A stretch of 64,000 nt of DNA from Takakia lepidozioides (Eukaryota > Plantae > Bryophyta): positions 61,876,001-61,940,000 of the forward strand of contig CM060731.1 of assembly GCA_030704615.1 (NCBI GenBank), read 5' to 3'. This document shows positions 36,389 to 46,300 of the stretch, piece after piece. Both the position numbers and the translations under genes were made by a program. The notes under the pieces were generated by a model. The model had not been told where the DNA came from. It saw only the letters and a list, made by a program, of their open reading frames with translations, and ran no database searches. Every line of letters starts with the position of its first letter. The first letter of the stretch is position 1.

Positions 36389-36990
36389 AGCGGGGAAGAA
36401 GAAATGGATGTTGTTAATTTTGAGTGTCAACGGACTCCTCTGCTACCGGCCACCCCCAACCGGCGGTGAAGTGTTTAAGGAGAAATTTCGTTTCAGGAAT
36501 GTGACACTTCAAATTCCTGACAGACCGTTTGTGGTGCCTCGGCCTGGAGTCTTGGAGTTTGGACCTTGCATTGAAGCATTTTCACGTGGCCATTTGGTCA
36601 TGTGCTGATAGAGGTGTTCTTTGTAGGATGTTAGAGAGCTTCGTCCCCACGAAAATAGCGAAGAAGTTTTGCTTCATATGGTCTGCTGAGGATTGTAAGG
36701 ATGCCACCGGTTATATTAGGCCCGGGATGAAATATCTCGTGAAAGATATTCGAAGTGTTATTGTCAGGTACCTAGTAGACCGTTTGCTACGTAGGGGCAA
36801 ATACTTCTTGTAGATGATGAGCCATCAAAAGGCCTGCGAAACCCACAAAATACTAGATTCTTCCCTTTCTCATTCAAGCCTTCACCAAACGGATTGCATG
36901 ACCGGGATGATATGACAAAAGCAGTGTGGCCATATATATCGGAGAGGGCTGGAGCTTCAACAGTCGTTGATTACATTAGTGAGAACCGGA
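36389..36990 (+). pseudogene. Third FCP1/NIF-like domain; frameshifted
   Basis: LLILSVNGLL, VVPRPGVLEF, KHFHVAIWS, FIWSAEDC, YLVKDI and ILLVDDEPSKGLRNP. Confidence 0.75.
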
Positions 36991-38027
36991 CAAAGTGTTT
37001 TCATAAGCCTATTGGTCGAGACCATGCCTGCTGGGCTTGGTATGGAATATATCTTGATCCTCGTATTTGGATCCCACAACAAAAGGAACCTGATTACCTT
37101 GGTAGGCACATGGATCCCACTGTTCTGTTGTTTGTTCATAATTTGATTTTCCAATTCTTTTGCAGCTGCATTTGCACTCTTACCTCAACCTATCTATATG
37201 CAAAACTGCCACTTTGGGCCTAACATTTGTCATTTCCATCACTTGTCCCTAGTTACATTCAAGGAACGAATTCTAAAAGAGGAACAAGAGCTGTGTGATT
37301 GGGAAGAATGGCGGGCGTGCCGGGAGGCTTCAAGGGCATCAAGTAGAGTTGGCAGTAACATTTCAGATGACAATGTCAGCCGGTTTCACCTTCCTGAAAG
37401 TATCTCCGTGTCCTCTGGAGCAAAGACCGTTGCAAGTGGTTGTGGTAACTGGAGGCGTCTTCGGACACATGCCTTGACTGCGAGCCGTTTGGGAGGAGGC
37501 TCAAATTTATTAATGAGTTAGTATAAGCCGTAACGGTTCTATGGCTTCATAATCTATGGCTTGTATGGCATTAAGTCCATGAACGGATGGACAGTTGACG
37601 TTCATTTTTCTGTTGGTCCATCGCCTTGAATGATATAATCTCAAATAAAATATGAATGTTTCATATCATCAATTAGATCCCGACAGACTCGTTTTTCCAT
37701 GTCGTCCTGTTCATCACATGCCATCATTGTTTAATATTTAGTTCTGCCATTATTCCATGTTTGTTTGTGTATGTCATTTTGGATATCGGAGCTCTCATCA
37801 TTGTTTGATTCATTGCATCCTCCCATTCATTTTAATGAACGTCAACTTGGCAGTGGATGTTCATCTAAGACCACAATACATGCTTGTATTTTTGCGTAGA
37901 ATGTATGGAGGATTACATAATTTGTTGTTATATAGTGCACAAATAGTCAAATAATTATAGATATATCTCTTTATTTCTATTATAGATTATAATTATTCAT
38001 ATATCTTGTATTATTTCTGGACCAAAC

Positions 38028-38056
38028 AAAAGTCCAGAATTAGTTAAAATAGAGTT
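38028..38056 (-). repeat. Right TIR of element C
   Basis: Inverted match to 18862-18890. Confidence 0.9.
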
Positions 38057-40995
38057 AGATTCGAAGGCACAACAACACATGTGTCTCGAGGTACTTGTCA
38101 TCACCCACAATACGAAGTATATCTGACCATTCTTCAGCCATACTCAGTGGGACGTAGACGGGCTCCTCTCGGGGTGCGAAGTCACAATCCTCCACAGGTT
38201 TGTCCATCGCACCAACCTCCCCTGCGACAGTTGTTTTATCCAACATCAGATTATGCAATCCTCCATGTATGGTTCCGAGTGCCGTGCCACATGCACGCGC
38301 TATGAGTCCATCCTGCAAGTCGGGATGAAGCAACTTCAGCACTTTCACTTAGTGTTTGCATAAATTGTCTTTCATTGCCCATGGGCAAGTGCAAGAAGCC
38401 CAATCCGATCCAGGGTTGTAAACAATGTAGGTTGTGTCTGGGTGATTGCTGCTTAGCACATACGCTGGTTGTCCTTCCACCAACGGTAGAGTCACATTGC
38501 TCGCTGGAATGTCCGTGGCCGCTAGCACAGAGCTAGATATGTACTTTTCCTGTTTCTCATTCCATATGAACCCATGCGTCTTCAAATGAATTGCGTACTA
38601 GTAGTGTGTGAGCACACTACCCATGAGTTCCCATATTAGCCAATCGACTCTTCGACCAGTCATTTTGCCTTTCCCCATCCTCAGTCTAGCCTTCAAGTTT
38701 CCATGGTATGCCTCAATGCTAGCATTTGTGTCTTGACTGGCATGTGGAACATGACGAGCAGCAGTATACCACATTGCTATTTTAGGAGACCATTCCTTGT
38801 CGATGTACTTTAAAAATTCCCGGGCATTCCGATATTTCTTTCTCATGTCCCTGATTGTTTTGGCAACCCATAGAAGCGTTTTTTCGGGATCGCTTGGTTC
38901 ACCTCTACAGTACATGAGGTCTCCCATATTCTTCAACACGTTTGCCGTAGTGACGGGATCTTTGGTCTTCTGGCATGATTGCTTTACCCATGCCAAAGGC
39001 ACATGAAACTGAGGACTCATTTGAAAGTAATCCTGCACATAACACATCCACATCAGGCACTTCAGAGGGAGCCCCCCCATTGTCGGTGGACACCAACCGA
39101 GTGCTGGAGACCTCCAACAGACTTCACACCAACCCCTAAATGGACTTGGTGGTAAGACACAACCTGCGGGTGTGGCGGGCTGACTTCCCCTCCCAAGTCT
39201 GCTAGTAGACCCATGAAGCGTGCCAGCGGACTCGGCTCTGTGAGTCTTGTGCCGGACGCCGCCTCGTGAGTCTACCAACGGACTTGGCCTGTTCAGTGTA
39301 CTAGCGGACTTGGTCCGTTGATTGCAAGCGGACTCGCCCACACGAGTGTGCAGCGGACTCGCGCATGCGAGTCTGCCAGCCGAGTAGCCCAAAGCAGATT
39401 CCACACCAACCCCTAAATGAACTTGGTCGCAAGACACTGCCTACGGGTCTGGCGGGCCGACTTCCCCTCCCAAAACTGCCAGCAGACCCATGAAGGGTGC
39501 CAGCAGACTCGCTCGTGCGAGTCTTCTGGCAGACTCGGATGACGAGTCTGCCAGCGGACTCGGCCGGGCAAGTCTGCCGCTGACTTGGTCGGGCGAGTCG
39601 GGCTTGCCCACGCGACTTGGTCCGAGTCCAGTCTGCCAGCAGACTCGCGCATGCGAGTCTCTCATGGAACTGTCGCATGCGACTCTGCCACAGACTTTGG
39701 CAAAGCTAACTATGACGACAATTGCATGCCAGAGGACTTCGATAGTGGGTGTCTGTTGAGGTATGGAAGACTCACCTTATAGCGTTTATTTCAGCGTCCG
39801 CATCATCGACAATGAAGGCATTGGGTCGCCAGGTCGGCATATCTGCGTGGAGTCGGTCACGCAAGGCTGTCATCCACGGCACCAGGTCTGTTGTCCTATT
39901 CCTGGCGGATATGATGTACGCAACTGGTATACCGTTCAGCCACTCGTCGAAAACCATCAACGTGTACAATGAGAACTGTTCAAATGCACTATGTCACTAT
40001 GTCAGTTGGTTCCAATGTGCAACATCCTACGAACAATTGATTTGCAGAAATGGTAACAAGGATGAATTGTACCTTGTGGTGATTTATACCGAAGGTTGCA
40101 TCGCATGCAACGATACGCACATGTCCCAATTGAAGCATTCTCTGCTTCTGCCACTCAGTTTGAATGCCAATAGTGAATGTCAAATCTCCATCGTAATGCT
40201 TGAAGGTTGGCGCCAATGTTTCTTCTCGATAGAAGAAGACTGATGCGGGGTTCAGGTCTTTCCACATGCGGACGTTGTCGGCATCGTTGGCATGCTTTTT
40301 GAACGTCTGCCACGCCCGTTTCTCAGCCAGGTTGCGGACATCTTGCTCGAGGAGGAAATCATCACGTGTCCATGCATCTCCCAAACCTGTGTTGTTCATG
40401 ACGTGCTCCTTGTGTTCCATCATGATTTGTGCGACCGTGAGCTCTCGGCACAAACACTCAACGACCCAGGCTTTCAATTCCTCGCTAATGCGGGGTGCGT
40501 AGGCTGCCCATGTGTTCCTGAACTCTGCGGTCTTGCCATGGGAGGGTTTCCCTAGGGCATCCACGTGCTCCATGTTGTTGTAGTATGTGAGGACACAAAT
40601 GTCCGGGGCAAGATAAGATTGCTGCACTTTGAAACAACAAAGACACCCACCACAATGAGGATGGTGCACACATGATACTGCTCAAGAAGCTGTTCCCTCT
40701 GGGAGCTTTCCGCACTCCGGCGTCCACTTTACTGTGCACATGTACCCAATATTGAGTGGGGCAGTCCTCCACACTCTCCTCTCCATGGATGAAGTCCGCA
40801 ACTCTATCCCAAGATATACATGCATTTTTAACACGCACTTGCACCCCCCTAAACCCATATTTGTGTTTCACACTTCCAATGGAGGTCCTTATTGTTGAAA
40901 GGTCTTGGTTTTGGTGTTTGCAAACTTTGTCGAAGAGGGCGTATAAGCCGGCTCTCAAATTGCTGCATGTCGTCTGCTTCCGCTCCTACGTCCAT
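38057..40995 (-). pseudogene. MULE-type DDE/SWIM transposase of element B (plant SWIM zinc-finger family); disrupted
   Basis: ISWDRVADFIHGEE...CPT, GCLCCFKV...HVD...H, ACDATFGINHHK, YTLMVFDEWLNGIPVAYII, AFIVDDADAEINAI, DTNASIEAYHGNLK, RRVDWLI and SWIM CTCPW...LCKH. Stops at 38349 and 38598. Confidence 0.88.
39033..39775. repeat. Intron packed with imperfect 18-bp palindromes GAGTCTGCCAGC(A/G)GACTC
   Basis: Copies at about 39196, 39268, 39345, 39369, 39519, 39544, 39570, 39630 and 39681, plus partial copies. GT donor at 39775 and AG acceptor at 39033 on the minus strand. Confidence 0.8.
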
Positions 40996-41519
40996 GCCCT
41001 GTACAGTGCAGAACACACGCTTCAGAACCTGCAACGAAAGCGCCGCATGACACGATGGAGAACGTGCACGGAGAAACATGACCCACGTTTACAGCTGGTG
41101 GCAGATGATAGGCGGCAGAGATACGGCCCTAAATTGGAGGGCTGCGATGGGATTCGTCCTGGACGGCCCAGATCTTGCGGGAGGACGGACTAGCAGACAG
41201 GCGGACTAGCGGGAGTGGACTAGCCCCAGCGGACTAGCCGCAGTGGACAGGCCACAGCGGAGCGGCTGGTGGACGGACCCCGGGAGGGGCAGCCGCAGCT
41301 GGTGCAACCGCGGTGGGCGCGGGGGTGCCCCTCGTCCGGACAATGGGCCCACCATCCTTCTCGCACGCTTGCATTCATGACCCTATTATTGTAAAATGAT
41401 GAATTAAATTCGGGGAAAATAAATAAGTAGATATATCAATATATGAAGCCTCGAGAGGGGAGATTGCAAAAATAGCAAAGTGGGCTTTGTTGGAACAATG
41501 GATCTCCCAAACTGTAGGC

Positions 41520-42490
41520 TCTCCAGATGTATAGGAGATTGCACTTGGACTTAGATGACATTAGACAGTGGAGGTCGTACTTGGGCCTCTACATGGGATC
41601 AAAAGAACTTGGGTACATAAGAGATTGCACTTGGGCTTAGATTTCAATCCTTCACACATGGGCCAATGGCACATGTTACCCTAGATCTCCCAAACTACAG
41701 GGTCTGTGGATATGTACATAAAATTGGACTTAGATGACATCGGAAACTTGGGCCAACGGCACAAGCTACCATATTTGGCCCTTCATTTGTCTATTGTGCA
41801 CGTGGACGTAAATGTAAATAGGGTGTTTAAAAAATATTGGCGTTCACAATGTTGTTTGTAGTGTCGTTGAGATCTTCCAAACCATGGGGCCTTTGGCCAC
41901 AATTTTAGTACCGTGGAGAGCCCTCGATGAATAGGGGTGCACTGACTTGGTTTCACAAAATTTGGACCTATAGGCTGAGACTTATGGAATTACAAACAAT
42001 TTTGGTCGCTGAAAAGTCAACTAAATTACAAAATCACGTGTTGGAAGGTTGCACTGGAGGTTGTACTTGGGCTTAAATAGAGGCCACGAGTTTGGTAGCG
42101 TTGGAAAGCCCTTGATCATGAGTAAGGGTGCACCAACTTGGGTTTCACAAACTTTGGACCTACGGCCGAGAATTATAGAAATATGAACAATTCCGGTCAC
42201 TAAAAATTCAACTAAATTATAAAATTAAGTGTTGGAATGACACAAGGTCGTACTTGGGCGAGAAGCACTTGGATACATAGGAGTTGGGCTTAGACGGGCC
42301 TTAACATAGGAGACACACTTGAATACATCAGAAATTGCACTTGGTCTTAGATTTCAATTTTTCATACATGGGTCAACGGCACACGCTACCCTATAGGTCG
42401 CACTTGGGCCTCGACATCGGAGATGCACTTGGATACATTAGGAGATCACTTGGGCTTAGATGACTCGTGGGCCAACGACACAGGCTACAC
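41520..42490. repeat. Degenerate repeat patch, probably a non-autonomous TE remnant
   Basis: Recurrent GAGATTGCACTTGGGCTTAGAT, GGCCAACGGCACA and GGTCGTACTTGGGC, and a diverged duplication of about 185 bp (41915-42075 vs 42100-42260). Confidence 0.6.
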
Positions 42491-43322
42491 TAGTGAAGTA
42501 CTAAATAAACCAAGGAAAGATGCCCAGAATCTCCGGCTATGCAGTAAAATGAGACCATCGTGTTTTTGCTGTGTAACATGGATGGTAACTTACCGTATAA
42601 CTAACCATATCTGTTGTTGTTACGTTGTTACCGTATTCTAGTGTAGAATACTATGTAGTTAGGTACCGCGATATCCTATGTGTGAAGAGAAAGTACCACC
42701 GTATTAGGTGTGTGAAAGGGTGGCGATGCGACGAGGTATAAGCTTGGACAAGATTGTGGCCATCTCTCCTCTCTGTCTGTCTGCAGAGCTGCCTGCCTGC
42801 CTGTGAGTCTCTTCTTCTCTGCCAGAATGTGTCTCTTTTGTGTTTTCTGATTGCATACAGGTCGCGTATGGTTTGCACAATAATCTGTTGCATGCGCTGA
42901 TCCCAACTCTGATGCTGTAGATCCATAAACTCAGGGCATTGCGAAGGTGGAATTTTGAGGGAAAATTGAGTGTTTGCAATCCCCGCTCAACATATTCTTA
43001 CAAGAAAACTTGGCAGCAACACGTGAAAAAGTTTCAGTTGAGATTTTGGATGCACGATATGGATGGTATTGTTAGTCCGGGATGGACACAAGTGGAGATG
43101 ATCAGTGTTTCCAGAATTAATAAAATTACTTCTTGCTGAAAAAATCTCCGTTAATGTTGATGGACCTGGCATCGATCGCGATGCAAGTTGCAACCTGATT
43201 GTTCGCACTGACAAGTTTAACAAAAGAATTGGTAGGTAGAAGCCTGCATCGCATCTAATCCCACAAATGTTCGAGGGATTGCTTCAAAAGCAGCACAGTC
43301 GTTAGAAGGGAGAGACCCTGCA

Positions 43323-46300
43323 ATGCATGCCAGACAGAGTGCAGTTTTACGCAGATTACATGGTACGGTGCTTTATCTTCCTCCTCTCTCGCGGGTAATT
43401 TGCAGGCCGACAATTCGTCCGTTTTCAGCGCCAGACTCCGGATTTTGCAAACCGACATTTGCCCTCGCATCTGTAAGGAGGGGATACCGTGGGAGCTTGG
43501 CTGTGAGGTCGAACATGGGGGGAGGAGAGAAGGGGGCGGGTAGCTCACAAAAGTACACCAATCGCCTTGCTGAGGAGCACAGCCCTTACCTCCTTCAGCA
43601 TGCCCATAATCCTGTGAGTTTTTTGTCTCTGTCTATCTCCAGCGAATTAAGGTTAGCAGCAGGAGAATGATTGCCCGATTTCATTGGCTATATCTCTGGC
43701 TCTGGTTCTCTCTCTCTCTCTAAGCCACACACCCCTTCTGCCATTGTCCAAATTGGTGTGGTCTGTATGACCATGCGGAGAAGTCGACATGAACACATAC
43801 GTTTCTTACACCTACTTTTTCTGTCTTGATGGAAGTGGTAATTAGGATGGGCCTGATTCAGAATCTAGGTCAAGATCAAAGAGGTCGCTTTCGACCTAAG
43901 AAATACACTTTGACTGCACCCTATGCAGGAGCCAATCATCATGTGTTGCCTTGCAAAGATACTGTTCCACTATGATTCAAACCATGCACATGGTCTTAAT
44001 GTGGATTGAAGGGGGTCCCTTACATTATCAAATCCTGGGTCAGAGGATCCAAATAGACATGGGCTGTAAGATATAAAATGGAGGACAAGATTTTGAATTC
44101 TGGATGATTTGAAACCTAAAAATGAGGCAGAATGTCATGTTATAAGGATTGCTGATGAGAAGGGTGTGTGAAGGTGGACTGGCATCCTTGGGGGGATGAG
44201 GCGTTTGCTAAAGCCCGTGCTGAGGATAAACCCATCTTTCTGTCAGGTATTCTGCATGGGGCACTTCTTTGCAGGTGTCTTCTGATGTTTTTTGTTGTTG
44301 TTGTTGTTGTCTCATAGCTCCTCAGGTTTGTAAAGTTTCTTTCTTTCTTCTCTCTCGCTTTCAAAGTGGAATAGGGCAAGACTCCAGATTCAACCTTTAG
44401 TAGAAAAACTCTTAAGAACCAGCAAAGCCAAGAAAAGCGAGACACCCTAAACGAAATGCACCTTTTTTGATTGAAGCATTCATTGAACATTATAATTTTA
44501 CATACCCTTGTGGCTGACAAGTTTTGTTCTTTGCCTGGGTGAATGGGCGCGTCACTGTAAAGTGGGTTACAGCACCTGCCATTGGTATGTATCATGACCT
44601 TGCTTATAAAGAGGAAATGATATGCTTAGGTCTGCTGTGGTAAGGAACTTGCTAATGCGTGTTCCTTCAAGAATGTGCTGGTTTTTCTCTGAAGGTGTCA
44701 ACCTACATTTCTAGTAAACATGGTTTGCCCATTGCTTCTTTGTGTTGTTTGAGAAAGAAGAAAGAACTAATGAAACTCACTGTGTCCAGTGGAGAGAAAA
44801 AGGAGGGGAAAAGAGAGACATTGATATACAGAGAATGTGATGCTGATCTTTCTCCAAAAAACTTTTGCTATGAAATAGTCTGGAGGACATAAGTCTCAAG
44901 CTGGTCTCACCAAACCACCAGGGTATGGAACACTAAACGTACTGCACTTTCCTATGGAGTTCATGTCAGAAGTTCAGGGATTTGCATCATGCTAGAAAGA
45001 CAACTTCCAGCACTTCTACTGTAGCCCCCAAACGTTATGTGTGTGTGTGTGGGGAGAGAGCTTGAAATAGTTAATAAATGAGAGAGAGATGGGATGCCAC
45101 AGGTGTCACGTGATGGAGGTGGAGTCATTTGAGAATGACGAAGTGGCCAAGATCATGAATGACTTCTTTGTCAACATCAAGGTCTTCTCCTGCTCCATTT
45201 TCTTAAATTAGCCAATGACCCTTCCTTTTTGTGATTAAAACCATCATGAATTACTTTTTGACTGTAGCTCTCTGCTCTAGTTTTCTCACAGCACCTGGGC
45301 ACTGCGATGTGTCTGGGTGCAGGAGGGCAGGCTAATATGCCTGCCTGAACTTTATCCAGCTGGGCTTGTACAGCTCCCGTAGTTTCCCATTTTTCATCGA
45401 TGGCTTGCACTGTACCCGTCTTTTGATGGTGGATTATAAAATGTACATTCACTGGGGTTATTTTAGAGGAGTATGAACCTTCACAGGAAAACACCAACTG
45501 GTATTGTCTATCAAACGAAGGCATAAGCACACACAGTGGTTGTATGGTTATCAATATAGCTACAGTTAGGAGAAGCAAACTGCTCTTGATACTACTGGCT
45601 TGGTGGGTGACAGGTGGACAGAGAAGAGCGGCCAGATGTGGATAAGGTGACACTTCTTTTCCTGCATTAAAAAGTTTTTCCCAGCATTTTAGAGGCAACA
45701 TGGCTCAGTAGTCAACTAAATTAAAGCAAAGCTGAACTTCTAAATTTAGATTGTCAGAGAACAGTACCTTCTCAAAGGATCAATGCACAATGTTAGATGT
45801 ATTCAACCATTTGCTGTTGTGGCAGGTGTATATGACATACGTGCAAGCTTCACAAGGAGGGGGAGGCTGGCCCATGAGTGTCTTTCTCACGCCAGAGCTG
45901 AAGCCAATTGTGGGTGGCACGTACTTCCCTCCCGATGACAAATATGGTCGCCCAGGGTTCAAAACTGTTTTAAAGTGAGTATTTCTTCATACCAAACTCA
46001 GTTTAACAGTTAATTGCCTTCAATTCTCCCAAAAACTCTATGTGGGCTTCACGTTGGCTCCTAGATCTTGGGCTGTATTGAAACAGCCCATTTCTGAGGG
46101 GAATTGCTGATTGGCTATAGTTGGAGGTCACCCTTGTCCTGTTGCGGCAGTAAGTCTTGTTCGTACGGAATTTTATTTCTTCTTCTCTGTCTCTCTCAGG
46201 CCACAAGGGAACAGCAAGCACAGTGTAGGAAGTTTGTCACCGACTCTTGCTTGTCATACCATGAAGCCATACTTGGGGATCTGAATTGACACTCAAATGT

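Larger units (their letters stand above)
20529..37861. repeat. Dispersed 24-bp palindrome AACCTCCACTG-NN-CAGTGGAGGTT, at least 11 copies within element C
   Basis: Perfect copies at 24031, 27064, 29161 and 34271; variant copies at 20529, 22616, 24299, 27265, 28219, 33202 and 37838; half-site at about 24426. Confidence 0.92.
18862..38056. mobile_element. Element C: 19.2-kb TIR DNA transposon with multi-gene cargo
   Basis: Left (T)AACCCTATTTTAATTAATTCTGGACTTTT and right AAAAGTCCAGAATTAGTTAAAATAGAGTT(A) form an inverted repeat with 2 mismatches in 30 bp. Both ends are flanked by AGATT (18857-18861 and 38057-38061), and excision restores an ORF. Confidence 0.9.
14584..41380. mobile_element. Element B: Ulp1-carrying MULE-like DNA transposon, interrupted by element C; ends not resolved
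   Basis: Convergent Ulp1-like gene (+) and MULE-SWIM transposase (-). A shared CAGACT/AGTCTG motif family occurs at 14.8-18.3 kb, 39.0-39.8 kb and 41.18-41.26 kb. Confidence 0.65.

Noticed and set aside
41140-41400. Defined right terminus/TIR of element B
   Set aside because: GC-rich subterminal-like repeats are present, but I could not find a matching left end or TSD in the window.
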